A stretch of DNA of 64,000 bases from Candidatus Stackebrandtia faecavium (GTDB taxonomy: Bacteria > Actinomycetota > Actinomycetes > Mycobacteriales > Micromonosporaceae). Shown piece by piece: positions 45,609 to 55,697 of the stretch. The notes beneath the pieces are model-generated. The model ran no database searches, had not been told where the DNA came from, and was given only the letters and a program-made list of their open reading frames with translations. Where the stretch lies: assembly GCA_019112895.1 (NCBI GenBank), contig DXIM01000010.1, positions 50,992 through 114,991 of the forward strand, written 5' to 3'. A program made the translations under genes and the position numbers. Position 1 is the stretch's first letter; each line of letters opens with the position of its first letter.

Positions 45609-46166
45609 ATGGGGGATTCCTTGGTGGAGATGGTTGTTCTGGTGGACGGCACCGGACGCACCATTGGCGTGCAGCGCAAGGATTGTGTGCATGGGCTGTC
45701 TACGCCCCGACATCTTGCGTTCTCCTGCCATGTCGTCGATGGTGACGGCCAACTTCTTGTGACCAGACGTGCACTGAAGAAGAAGACGTGGCCTGGCGTG
45801 TGGACGAACGCGTTTTGCGGCCACCCGGGACCGGGTGAATCCCTCGAAGATGCGGTGCATCGTCGTGCCGGACTCGAATTGGGACTCACTGTGGACAACA
45901 TTGTGTGCGCGCTTCCCGATTTCGGCTACCGCGCTCGTGACGCATCAGGGATCGAAGAGAATGAGCATTGTCCCGTCTTCATCGCGACGGCCGTTTCACC
46001 CCTGTCGCCTAACCCGAACGAAGTGGCCGAGGCGCAGTGGACAAATACATCCGAACTGTCGACGGCGACGAAGGCGGCGCCTTGGGCGTTCAGTCCCTGG
46101 CTGGTCGAACACTTTCCCAAACTTCTCACGCATTTCCCCAGCTCGGCGGGTGACGTTAAGCGATGA
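45609..46166 (+). CDS. idi: Isopentenyl-diphosphate delta-isomerase type 1
   Basis: HLAFSC, TRRAL.KKTWPGVWTNAFCGHP, RRAGLELG, ENEHCPVF, FSPW. Confidence 0.95.
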   Translation: MGDSLVEMVVLVDGTGRTIGVQRKDCVHGLSTPRHLAFSCHVVDGDGQLLVTRRALKKKTWPGVWTNAFCGHPGPGESLEDAVHRRAGLELGLTVDNIVCALPDFGYRARDASGIEENEHCPVFIATAVSPLSPNPNEVAEAQWTNTSELSTATKAAPWAFSPWLVEHFPKLLTHFPSSAGDVKR

Positions 46167-47230
46167 TTTCTGATCCGACCACTGACGTTGCCGACATCGC
46201 TCTCAGCTTCGAGACGAGATTGATGGAAGTGCTTTCACAGCGCCGAGAGCGCTCGCGTGCGTTCGCCGCTCCGTACACACAGCTTTGGGAATCGCTAGAG
46301 CGCATGGCGGCAGGAGGAAAGAGAATCCGACCGAAATTGCTGATCGACACACACGAGGCACTAGGCGGCATCCACGCGCGTGCGGCCGTCGATGCGGCGT
46401 GTGCGATGGAGCTTTTGCACATCGCCCTAGTGATCCATGACGATGTGATCGACAAGGATCTGATGCGCCGCGGAGAAATCAACCTTTCTGGGAGGTTCGC
46501 TTCTGAGGCGATGCTGCGCGGTAAGACCAGACCGGTGGCGAGTTCATGGGGAGAAGCCTCGGCCCTCCTCGCGGGTGACCTCATGCTCACACTTGCTCAC
46601 TCCTTGCTGGCGCGACTTGACGTTCCCGAGGAACGGCGGCAGAGCATTCTCGACGTGTTCGACGACACCGTTTTCGAGAGCGCGGCAGGTGAACACTACG
46701 ACGTGTGGCTCAGCATGCATCTCGAACAGGCGAGTCCGGAAGACGTGCTGGCCATGGTCGATCAGAAGACCGCGGCGTACTCCTTTGAAGCGCCGCTGGT
46801 CCTGGCTGCGGTCCTTGCTGGTGCCACAAAGGGCATGATTGAGGAACTGATGGTCATCGCACGCCAAATCGGTGTCATCTATCAGTTGCGCGACGACGTT
46901 CTCGGACTGTTCGGGGACGAAAAGGAGACCGGGAAGTCTGCACTCGGTGATTTGCGGGAGGGGAAGGAGACGCTCCTGATCGCCTACGCGCGCTCCGACC
47001 CGTCTTGGACCGAGGTCGAACCTCTCTTCGGGAACAGCGCCCTCAGCGTCGCTGATGCGCATCGCTTGCGGCGCGTCATCGAGGAATCCGGAGCGCGGGT
47101 CTTCGTGGAGTCACTCATCGCCGAGCGTTGCGAGAACGTCTATGACCTGATTCGCGGGGCCCAGTTGCCGCTCGTACTGAGAAAGCAATTGACCGATCTG
47201 ACGTCTGCCTGCAATTCCCGTACCTCATGA
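46163..47230 (+). CDS. crtE: Geranylgeranyl diphosphate synthase
   Basis: GGKRIRP, IHDDVID, KTAAYSF, YQLRDDVLG, DLREGK. Confidence 0.93.
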   Translation: MISDPTTDVADIALSFETRLMEVLSQRRERSRAFAAPYTQLWESLERMAAGGKRIRPKLLIDTHEALGGIHARAAVDAACAMELLHIALVIHDDVIDKDLMRRGEINLSGRFASEAMLRGKTRPVASSWGEASALLAGDLMLTLAHSLLARLDVPEERRQSILDVFDDTVFESAAGEHYDVWLSMHLEQASPEDVLAMVDQKTAAYSFEAPLVLAAVLAGATKGMIEELMVIARQIGVIYQLRDDVLGLFGDEKETGKSALGDLREGKETLLIAYARSDPSWTEVEPLFGNSALSVADAHRLRRVIEESGARVFVESLIAERCENVYDLIRGAQLPLVLRKQLTDLTSACNSRTS

Positions 47231-48093
47231 ACACCACAGACCAGGACCTGTACGACGCGACGGCGAAGTCCAGCGCCTCGATCGTGATTCGTAAATATTC
47301 GACATCATTTGGTTGGGCAAGTCGTCTGCTCGACGCATCTACGCGAAACCACATAGCCCACATTTACGCGCTTGTGCGAATCGCCGACGAGCTGATCGAT
47401 GGCCCGGCCGAGATGGCGGGTGTCCACACGGCAGCGCGAGCATTGCTGCTCGACGAACTCGAAGCAGAAACCGAACGTGCGCTACAGCTCGGGTTCAGCA
47501 CGAACCTCATTGTGCACGCCTTCGCGCTAACTGCGCGTGCACACGGGATCGGCATGGACCTGTGTCGCCCTTTCTTCGAATCGATGAGACGAGACATTGA
47601 CACGAAGTCCTTCAGTGAGGCGGAGCTCGAGGATTACATCTATGGTTCGGCCGAAGTGATCGGTCTCATGTGTCTGGCAGTCTTCGAATCTGGCATGATT
47701 CGAAACGGCGACCAGCGCGAACGACTCCACGCTGGTGCGCGGCGGCTCGGTGCCGCTTTCCAAAAAGTCAATTTCCTTCGCGACTTCGCCGGAGATCACG
47801 ACGACCTCGGACGCGCCTATTTCCCCGGAACGGAGAAGGAGCTGACCGAGGTGACCAAAGCTGACGTCGTCGCCTCCATTAGACAAGACCTGCGTATCGC
47901 AGATGAATCGATCCCGTTGTTGGCTGCAGGATGCAGGGCCTCCGTGTGGGCGGCGCGGGCAATGTTCAGCGAGCTCACCGACCGCATCGAGTCGACTCCG
48001 GTTCCGGTGTTGATGCGCGCGCGGGTTCGAGTGCCGAATCCTGTCAAGATGCGGATTCTGGCGCGTGCACTCAGGATGAAGGTGACTCGGTGA
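47227..48093 (+). CDS. crtB: Phytoene synthase
   Basis: YSTSFG, YALVRIADELID, FFESMRRD, YIYGSAEVIGLM, FQKVNFLRD. Confidence 0.95.
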   Translation: MNTTDQDLYDATAKSSASIVIRKYSTSFGWASRLLDASTRNHIAHIYALVRIADELIDGPAEMAGVHTAARALLLDELEAETERALQLGFSTNLIVHAFALTARAHGIGMDLCRPFFESMRRDIDTKSFSEAELEDYIYGSAEVIGLMCLAVFESGMIRNGDQRERLHAGARRLGAAFQKVNFLRDFAGDHDDLGRAYFPGTEKELTEVTKADVVASIRQDLRIADESIPLLAAGCRASVWAARAMFSELTDRIESTPVPVLMRARVRVPNPVKMRILARALRMKVTR

Positions 48094-49649
48094 CAGTGTC
48101 GCGCGTCGTAACGATCGGTGGAGGCGTGAGTGGGCTCGCCACCGCCTGCCTACTCGCCCGAGACGGACATCAGGTCACCGTTCTCGAGAAGAACAACCAA
48201 CTCGGTGGCAGAGCTGGATCGTGGGAACAGGACGGTTTCACCTTCGACACCGGGCCGTCCTGGTACCTCATGCCCGAAGTGTTCGACCACTTCTATCGGA
48301 TGATGGGCACGACCACTGCCGATCATCTCGACCTGGTGCCGTTGCAACCCGGTTACCGTATCTACGGTCAGCCAGCAGGTGACACAACCGAAGGTCCCAT
48401 CGATGTGAGAGCGGGAGCGGACGCCGCAGCCGCACTGTTCGAAAGCCGTGAACGCGGCACAGGCGACGGAATCCGCACCTATCTCGGATCGGCGACGAAG
48501 ACGTATCACGCGGCAGTTAGATCGTTCCTCTACAACCCGTTCTCGTCGTGGCGAGACTTCATCTCTGCGCAGGTTCTCGCTTCGACGCCCGCCGTTCTAC
48601 CGTTGCTGACGAGTACTTTGTGGGCTTTCGTAGCGCGCCGCTTCGCCGACACTCGTTTGCGCCAGATCCTCGGCTATCCCGCAGTGTTTCTCGGCACGTC
48701 GCCATTCGACGCACCCGCGCTCTACCGGCTAATGAGCCACATGGATCTCGTGGATGGAGTGAAATACCCGGTTGGCGGATTCCGAAAGTTCGTGACCTCT
48801 CTCATCGAGATCGCACGTGAGAACAACGTCGAACTGGTAACTGGCAGCGATGTCCTCGCCATCACCAGCCGCGAAGGTACGGTTCGCTCGGTCGAGTTCG
48901 AGCGGGATGGACAGCGGCATCAGCTTGACGCCGACATCGTTGTCTCGGCGATCGACGAGCACCATACCGAGACGGTGCTGCTCGAAAACGCCGACCGTTC
49001 GTACCGGCCGAAACGGTGGGACAAGCAGGTGTCTGGCCCGGGCGTGGTGCTCATCATGATCGGCGTCGAGGGGACGCTGCCGGAATTGCTGCATCATACG
49101 CTGTTCTTCTCCAATGACTGGCATGACAACTTCGACGCGATCTTCGGCTCACCGGGCCGTATCCCGGATGCACCGTCGCTGTACGTCTGCAAGCCCAGTG
49201 CCACCGACGGCGATGTGGCCCCGGCCGGGCACGAGAACCTGTTCGTACTCGTGCCGATACCACCGGACACGACGATCGGGCACGGCGGCCCTGGCTGGTC
49301 TGGCGACGAAGCGGTGAACGAGGTCGCGGACCTCGCCATCCAACAGATCGCGGACTGGGCGCAGATCCCAGACCTCGCCTCGCGAATCGTTGTGCGACGA
49401 ACTGTGGGCCCCGCGGACTTCGCTAAGCAGTTCAACACGTTTCGCGGAAGTGCGCTCGGACCTGCGCACACTCTCACCCAAAGCGCGTTCTTCCGTGGGG
49501 TCACGAGGTCCCGCCGAGTCAAGAACCTCTTCTACGCAGGCGCAACCTCTGTGCCTGGCGTCGGCTTGCCGATGTGCCTCATCAGCGCAGAACTGGTCCT
49601 CAAACATGTGCGCGGCGACCACTCGCCAGGACCGCTGGAGGAGCCGTGA
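48090..49649 (+). CDS. crtI: Phytoene desaturase
   Basis: IGGGVSGL, LEKN..LGGRAG, FDTGPSWYLMP, YPVGG, PGVGLPMCLISAE; GTG at 48090. Confidence 0.95.
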   Translation: MTVSRVVTIGGGVSGLATACLLARDGHQVTVLEKNNQLGGRAGSWEQDGFTFDTGPSWYLMPEVFDHFYRMMGTTTADHLDLVPLQPGYRIYGQPAGDTTEGPIDVRAGADAAAALFESRERGTGDGIRTYLGSATKTYHAAVRSFLYNPFSSWRDFISAQVLASTPAVLPLLTSTLWAFVARRFADTRLRQILGYPAVFLGTSPFDAPALYRLMSHMDLVDGVKYPVGGFRKFVTSLIEIARENNVELVTGSDVLAITSREGTVRSVEFERDGQRHQLDADIVVSAIDEHHTETVLLENADRSYRPKRWDKQVSGPGVVLIMIGVEGTLPELLHHTLFFSNDWHDNFDAIFGSPGRIPDAPSLYVCKPSATDGDVAPAGHENLFVLVPIPPDTTIGHGGPGWSGDEAVNEVADLAIQQIADWAQIPDLASRIVVRRTVGPADFAKQFNTFRGSALGPAHTLTQSAFFRGVTRSRRVKNLFYAGATSVPGVGLPMCLISAELVLKHVRGDHSPGPLEEP

Positions 49650-49969
49650 GCGGCGCCTACACCGCAGCATTGCTCGTCAGCACCGCGTGTCTAGTGCTGC
49701 TGGACATGCGCTTCAGGCTCGTGTTTCGACGCGGGCCGGCACTCGCAACCGTGGCGCTCATCGTCGGCGCGGCCTTCTTCATCGCCTGGGATGCGGTGGG
49801 AATCAGCCTCGGCGTGTTTCGTCACCTGGATTCCCGTTGGGCCACCGGCATCCTTCTGGCGCCGGACTTTCCGGTCGAAGAACTGCTCTTCCTGGTGTTC
49901 CTGAATTACCTCACGCTCATTCTGCTCAGCGGTTGGCAACGTTGGCGGGAGAAGGGAAACCAACGATGA
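49646..49969 (+). CDS. crtYe: C50 carotenoid cyclase subunit (CrtYe/CrtYg type)
   Basis: YTAALLVS..CL.LLD.RFRL.F, FF.AWD..GI..GVF, PVEELLFL.FLNY. Confidence 0.8.
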   Translation: MSGAYTAALLVSTACLVLLDMRFRLVFRRGPALATVALIVGAAFFIAWDAVGISLGVFRHLDSRWATGILLAPDFPVEELLFLVFLNYLTLILLSGWQRWREKGNQR

Positions 49970-50301
49970 CATATCTGCTCATGTCCCTTCCTTTCATCGG
50001 TATCGGCTTCGTCGTGTTCACAGCAGGTGCTGTCCATGCGCATAGTCGAGGATTCGCAAGGCGATACTTCTCGTCGTGGGCGGCAACGGTGGCAGCACTC
50101 ATCGTTTTGACCGCGGTGTTCGACAACGTGATGATGGCCGCTGGGTTCTTCGATTACGGTGCCGAAGAGATCTCGGGCCTGCGATTTGGGCTTATGCCTC
50201 TCGAAGACTTCCTCTATCCGTTCGCTGGCGCTTTGCTGCTAGCGGGAATCTGGCAACTGCTCGGAGGCGACCGTGAGACAAGCGAGAGCAATGATGGCTG
50301 A
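49966..50301 (+). CDS. crtYf: C50 carotenoid cyclase subunit (CrtYf/CrtYh type)
   Basis: MTYLLMSLPF, LTAVFDNVMMAAGFFDY, GLMPLEDF.YP. Confidence 0.8.
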   Translation: MTYLLMSLPFIGIGFVVFTAGAVHAHSRGFARRYFSSWAATVAALIVLTAVFDNVMMAAGFFDYGAEEISGLRFGLMPLEDFLYPFAGALLLAGIWQLLGGDRETSESNDG

Positions 50302-51184
50302 AAACATGTCGACGATTCGCCCATTGCTCATCGCCTCACGCCCACTGAGCTGGATCAACACTGCGTACCCGTTTGCCGCGGTCTACCTGCTGACGACCGG
50401 GCGCATCGACATCTCATTGGTGGTCGGCACCGTATTCTTCCTCGTGCCGTACAACCTGGCGATGTATGGCGTAAATGACGTGTTCGACTATGAATCCGAC
50501 CTCGCAAATCCCCGCAAGGGCGGTGCCGAAGGCGCCAAACTGCCGCCACGGCTTCATTCCACCACACTCGCGTCGGCCGCCATACTCGTCGTGCCTTTCG
50601 TCATCGCGCTCGCAATTCTCGGTGCGCAGCGGCCGATGTCTTGGCTTGTTCTCGCTGTGAGCCTGTTCGCTGTTCTTGCGTACTCCGTGAAGGGGCTGCG
50701 GTTCAAAGAGATCCCTGTGCTCGACTCGATCACCTCGAGCACGCACTTCGTCACACCGGCGCTCTACGCCCTCGCTCTCGCGGGGACGACAGTCACCTCG
50801 GCGATCGTCATGACCATGGTCGCGTTCTTTTGCTGGGGTATGGCCAGTCACGCGTTCGGTTCCGTGCAAGACATCGTGCCCGACCGCGAGGCCGGGATCG
50901 GCTCAATCGCCACGGTTCTCGGCGCCGCAACGACAGTCAGGCTCGCCGTCGCGCTTTGGGCGGCCGCCGGAGTACTCATGCTCTTCACGCCGTGGCCGGC
51001 GAACCTGGCCGCGTTGGCCGCGTTGCCGTATATCATCAGCGTGGCACCGTATCTGCACGTCGACGACACACACTCAGAGACCGCAAACCGCGCCTGGCGC
51101 CGCTTCCTCGCCATCAACTATGCGGTGGGATTCGCGATCACACTACTGCTCATCCTTTACGCAACGGGAGGTCTTTTCTCGTGA
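50294..51184 (+). CDS. crtEb: Lycopene elongase (UbiA-family prenyltransferase)
   Basis: SRPLSWINTAYPF, PYNLAMYGVNDVFDYESD..NPRKGG.EG, RFKEIP.LDSITSS.HF, QDI..DR. Confidence 0.9.
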   Translation: MAENMSTIRPLLIASRPLSWINTAYPFAAVYLLTTGRIDISLVVGTVFFLVPYNLAMYGVNDVFDYESDLANPRKGGAEGAKLPPRLHSTTLASAAILVVPFVIALAILGAQRPMSWLVLAVSLFAVLAYSVKGLRFKEIPVLDSITSSTHFVTPALYALALAGTTVTSAIVMTMVAFFCWGMASHAFGSVQDIVPDREAGIGSIATVLGAATTVRLAVALWAAAGVLMLFTPWPANLAALAALPYIISVAPYLHVDDTHSETANRAWRRFLAINYAVGFAITLLLILYATGGLFS

Positions 51185-52653
51185 CACGTGTACTCGTGAC
51201 GGGCGCAACGGGTTACATCGGCGGACGCCTCGTCCCGCAGCTACTCGAGGCGGGATACGAGGTGAGTGTGTACGTCCGCTCTCCATGGAAGTTGCGTGAC
51301 GTGCCCTGGCGAGATCAGGTGGAAATCTTCAAGGGAGATCTCTCTGATGTGATCGCAACGCGCCGTGCGATGAACGGCGTGGAGGTGGCCTTCTACCTGG
51401 TGCATTCAATGAGCGCCGGTCCCGACTTCGTGAGCGCAGAGCAGACTTCCGCGCAGACCTTCGCCGACGTCGCTGCCGCGGCCGGAGTGGGGCGGCTGGT
51501 GTATCTCGGCGGACTGCACCCGAACGATGTCGTGCTGTCGAAGCATCTCGCATCCCGGACGGCGGTCGGTCGAACGTTCCTGGACTGCCCGGTGCCGGCA
51601 ATTGTCTTCCAAGCAGGCATCGTGATCGGTTCCGGCTCGGCGTCTTTCGAGATGATCCGCCATCTCACCGAGGTGCTCCCGTTCATGCCCGCGCCCCGCT
51701 GGGTGCGCAATCATGTGCAGCCCATCGCCATCCGCGACGTGCTCCGCTACCTGGTGCTCGCTGTCGCGGTCGAAGAGGAGCTCAATCGGACGTTCGACAT
51801 CGGTGGCCCGGATATCTTGCGCTACGGGAAGATGATGAACGGATACGCCGTCGAAGCCGGACTTCCGCAACGCCATATCGCGTCGCTTCCTGTGCTCACA
51901 CCGTGGCTCGCGTCTCAATGGGTGAGCCTCGTCAGCCCCGTTCCTCGTCAGCTTGCCGTGCCGATCATCGCCTCTCTCCAGCACGACTGCGTCGTGACCG
52001 AACATGACATCGACCGATACATAGCGCCGCCGGAGGAAGGGTTGCTCGCATACCGGTCGGCGGTGCACCGCGCGCTCAAACGCGAGGCTGAGGGTCAAGT
52101 CGAAACAAGTTGGCAAACCGCCACGGTGCCCGGTGCACCGAGTGATCCGCTGCCAAGCGACCCGAGCTGGGCCGGCCACACTGTATTCACCGACCTGCGG
52201 GAGCGTCAAAGCACCGCATCCGCGGAGGCCGTGTGGGCCGTGATCGAAGCGATCGGCGGCCGGAAGGGATGGCATTCGTTTCCGCTGGCGTGGGCGGCGC
52301 GCGGGTGGATCGACCGGCTCGCCGGTGGGGTCGGCATGCGTCGCGGTCGACGACACCCGTCTCGAGTGAACAGCGGCGATGTCATCGATGTGTGGCGCGT
52401 CGAATCTATCGACCGCGGACGCCTGCTGCGCTTGCGGGCGGAAATGCGGATGCCTGGTCGTGGCTGGCTCGAGTTGGGAGTGGAACCAGCCGAAGACGGA
52501 AGCCGGTATCGGCAGCGGGCCGTTTACTTCCCGAAGGGACTCACGGGGCGGTTGTATTGGGCTGTGCTGTTGCCGTTTCACAGCATCATCTTCAACGGCA
52601 TGGCCACCAGGATCCTTCACGAAGCGCAGAGTTCTACGAAGGAGTCAATATGA
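51181..52653 (+). CDS. NAD(P)-binding SDR/epimerase fused to DUF2867
   Basis: VTGATGYIGGRL, YLVHSM, GSGSASFEM, QPIAIRDVL, IGG..GW, DVWRVE, LRAEMRMPG; GTG at 51181. Confidence 0.9.
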   Translation: MTRVLVTGATGYIGGRLVPQLLEAGYEVSVYVRSPWKLRDVPWRDQVEIFKGDLSDVIATRRAMNGVEVAFYLVHSMSAGPDFVSAEQTSAQTFADVAAAAGVGRLVYLGGLHPNDVVLSKHLASRTAVGRTFLDCPVPAIVFQAGIVIGSGSASFEMIRHLTEVLPFMPAPRWVRNHVQPIAIRDVLRYLVLAVAVEEELNRTFDIGGPDILRYGKMMNGYAVEAGLPQRHIASLPVLTPWLASQWVSLVSPVPRQLAVPIIASLQHDCVVTEHDIDRYIAPPEEGLLAYRSAVHRALKREAEGQVETSWQTATVPGAPSDPLPSDPSWAGHTVFTDLRERQSTASAEAVWAVIEAIGGRKGWHSFPLAWAARGWIDRLAGGVGMRRGRRHPSRVNSGDVIDVWRVESIDRGRLLRLRAEMRMPGRGWLELGVEPAEDGSRYRQRAVYFPKGLTGRLYWAVLLPFHSIIFNGMATRILHEAQSSTKESI

Positions 52654-53141
52654 GACTGTGGTCCATTCACCCACGGCACCACGACCGCCAAGCCCTCACT
52701 GCATGCTGGCGCGAGGCACTCCTCGCCCAAGCGGTAATCACCGAGCCTGACCGAGGCTACTCACACCATCCACAGCTGCGACGGTTCCAGCAGATCGAAA
52801 ACCCACGAGCGGCAATTGGCGACTACCTCAGTGCGATTGCAGACGAGGCCGATGCGCGCGGGTACCACTTCGCCAGAGGGAAGATCCGCACCACCGGAGC
52901 CGCCGAGCCGATCACGGTCAACGACGGTCAGCTCCGCTACGAGTGGGGACACCTTCTCGCCAAACTGAAGCTGCGCAGCCCGGATGTATGGGAACGCTGG
53001 CAGTTGATCGCGTTCCCCGACCCACATCCGCTCTTCAGCGTCGTGGACGGGCCGATCGCGGAGTGGGAGAAGGTCGTCTACCACGGCACGACGGGCCCGT
53101 CTTTCGAGGCCATCAATGGATCGGTGGAATCATCACGATGA
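52650..53141 (+). CDS. Pyrimidine-dimer DNA glycosylase / T4 endonuclease V family
   Basis: MRLWSIHP..D..AL.ACWREALLAQAV, GY.HHPQL.RF, YL..IADEA..RGY.F, QL.YEW.HL..KL. Confidence 0.88.
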   Translation: MRLWSIHPRHHDRQALTACWREALLAQAVITEPDRGYSHHPQLRRFQQIENPRAAIGDYLSAIADEADARGYHFARGKIRTTGAAEPITVNDGQLRYEWGHLLAKLKLRSPDVWERWQLIAFPDPHPLFSVVDGPIAEWEKVVYHGTTGPSFEAINGSVESSR

Positions 53142-54397
53142 GCAACACACCTGACGGAGTACCGTCGCGTACGACGAGTGGAACCGGTTTCCGGACGAAT
53201 CGTCCCCGCGAAACAAAACCACCCGCAGCGTCGCGCGCGCATCTTGGCGAAGGCTCGGTCGTGCCCGGGGCAACCGAGGCGACGCGGAATGGCCCAGAAC
53301 ACGCCACGCAGCCGGTGAGCTACGACGCGATACTCCTTTCGAGTTTCGGTGGCCCCGAGGGGCAGGACGATGTCCTGCCGTTCCTGCGGAACGTGACGCG
53401 GGGAAGAGACATCCCTGACGCGCGGCTCGAGAAGGTCGCGCATCACTACCGTCAGTTCGGCGGTATCAGTCCCATTAATCAGCAGAACCGTCACCTCAAA
53501 AGCGCACTCCAAGAGGCGCTCGCACGAGCCGGACTCGATCTGCCTGTCTACTGGGGCAACCGCAATTGGGCGCCGTATCTCGACGAAGCGCTGACGCAGG
53601 CAGCGGAAGACGGTGTCCGGACGCTGCTCGCGATTCCGACGAGTGCCTACTCCTCTTATTCGTCGTGCCGTCAATACCGCGAAGACTGGGCGGACGCGCT
53701 GGAAGCGTCGGGATTGCAGCAGAGTCTGCAAATCGACAAAGTGCGTCAGTTCTTCTCACACCCGGGTTTCATCCAGCCCTTCATCGACGGTGTGCGAACG
53801 GGAGTGGCCGAGGCGATGCAGGCGGGCCACGACTACTCGAACATCGAAGTGCTGTTCTCCACACACAGCATCCCGACCGACGACGCCGCGCGATCCGGAG
53901 CGGGACTGTTCACCGACGTCGACGGGGGCGGCTACGCTGCCCAGCATCTCGCCGTCACAGCAAAGGTCATCACCGAGGCTGCGCCAGGGATCTCGTGGCA
54001 GCTCGTCTACCAATCGCGCTCCGGCACGCCATCGCAGCCGTGGCTCGTACCTGATATCAACGACGCGCTGGAAGCGCTAGAAGGACGCACCGCCGTGCTC
54101 ATCGTGCCACTGGGGTTCGTGAGCGACCACATAGAAGTCTTGTGGGATCTCGACACGGAAGCATGCGGAACTGCTGCTCGGCTGGGCCTGTGGGTCACTC
54201 GAACCCCAACCCCAGGAACACACCCCGACTTCGTGCATGCGCTCGTCGACATGGTGCAGGAGAGGATCACAGGACGCCCCACTCAGCAGCGAGCAAACAC
54301 CACCACCATCGGCCCATGGTTCGACGTGTGTCGCCCCGGATGCTGCGAGAGCACCCGGCTCGGATTCAAACCCGCAATAGCCGGTATTCAGCCCTAG
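53138..54397 (+). CDS. hemH: Ferrochelatase (coproporphyrin/protoporphyrin)
   Basis: SFGGPEG..DV.PFL.NVTRGR.IP, HHY..FGG.SPIN, YWGNRNW.P, FSTHSIP, YQSRSG.P..PWL.PD, GFVSDH.EVLWDLD. Confidence 0.93.
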   Translation: MSNTPDGVPSRTTSGTGFRTNRPRETKPPAASRAHLGEGSVVPGATEATRNGPEHATQPVSYDAILLSSFGGPEGQDDVLPFLRNVTRGRDIPDARLEKVAHHYRQFGGISPINQQNRHLKSALQEALARAGLDLPVYWGNRNWAPYLDEALTQAAEDGVRTLLAIPTSAYSSYSSCRQYREDWADALEASGLQQSLQIDKVRQFFSHPGFIQPFIDGVRTGVAEAMQAGHDYSNIEVLFSTHSIPTDDAARSGAGLFTDVDGGGYAAQHLAVTAKVITEAAPGISWQLVYQSRSGTPSQPWLVPDINDALEALEGRTAVLIVPLGFVSDHIEVLWDLDTEACGTAARLGLWVTRTPTPGTHPDFVHALVDMVQERITGRPTQQRANTTTIGPWFDVCRPGCCESTRLGFKPAIAGIQP

Positions 54398-54484
54398 GCG
54401 CCGAGATCGTGACTAACTCTTGCGTCCTCGTTGACCGGCCTAAAGCCTAATCTGGCTCATTCAGGAAAAGTAAGGTGAGCAACG

Positions 54485-55078
54485 ATGGAAACCCGAGCAC
54501 GTATGGACCTGCTTCGTCAGATCATGGTGATCTCGGCGGCGATTTTTATGGCCATCGCCGCGATGGTCGGCACTGGACTCCTTGGCGGCACCCCCGTGCA
54601 AGAACTCCAGGGAGGTGCCCTCGACACCGACGGCTCTTTCCTCGCCCCCGCTAGCAGGGCGTTCTCCATCTGGACGGCGATTTACCTGGGGCTGTTCGCA
54701 TACACCGTATGGCAAGCCCTGCCAGGTCAGCGCGCAAGGGAGCGTCATCGTTTTGTGGGCTGGTGGGTGGCGGTGTCAATGGTCCTGAACGGACTATGGC
54801 TTGTGACAGCCCAGTTCTTGACTCTGCCGTTGACGGTGGTATCGATCATCGTGCTCCTGGCCGTATTGGGGGTCACTTTCCGCCGCACGACCGCTATACC
54901 GGCCAGGAGTTGGCTCGATAAGGGCCTGCTCGATGGCGTCACTGGTCTACATCTGGGATGGGTGACTGTGGCGACAGTGGCAAACGTATCGGCCTGGCTT
55001 ACTGATATCGATTTTGCTCCAGGTACACCTCCTGGACGCATATTCGAACATTTCTCAGCAAGTCGCAGCTGTGCATAA
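54485..55078 (+). pseudogene. tspO: TspO/MBR (tryptophan-rich sensory protein) family, apparently 3'-truncated
   Basis: LAPA..AFSIW..IY.GL, SMVLNGLW, GL.LGWVTVATVAN; similarity stops at about 55010 and the ORF ends in non-hydrophobic sequence. Confidence 0.65.
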
Positions 55079-55697
55079 GCGGCTACACGCTTCGACAGAA
55101 GGGCTCCTGAACCCGGATGAAGATGGAACGACGATGACACCTACGGCATGTTTAGTAGCTGGGAATAGGGGTCTAGCGCTGTGATCCAAACAGTACACAG
55201 CGCCGCCCCAGCCGTCAATTCACAGGATCACGGCGTGCCGTTTCACCGTAGTCCTCGAAACGGTTCGGGCCGGCCGAGTTCACCTCACTCGGTGCGGATG
55301 TAGTCCGACTCAGCCGTTTACGTATCCACGAGTCGCCGCCACCGAACCCGAAATCGTCGCTCTTGAAAGCCGTATCGGTGAAAACTCAGTCTCACGAGAA
55401 AGGCGGATCACGCCAAGGGTGCGCACACTAAACTCCACGACGGATGTGGGTCGCCGTAGTCAACCCGACTCCTCGCGGGATGTCTATACTCCTCAAATCA
55501 CCGGCGGTCGTCGACTGAGGCTGACGTGCTGCTACTCATCACCCGTGTCCGCTTGGCATCAATCGCGCGCCTACTGATGAGGACGGCACCATCAACACCT
55601 TGCCCTTGGCCGCATGCAAAATGACTCCGTTGCGAGCCCGCGACCCACACCGGCCTTCGAGCCGGCCACTCGCTGGGGCAGCGGCGGCCGCGCAGCC

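Noticed and set aside
55080-55690. Small ORFs or structured RNA right of tspO
   Set aside because: Only short frames with no motif, RBS or repeat structure that I could support.
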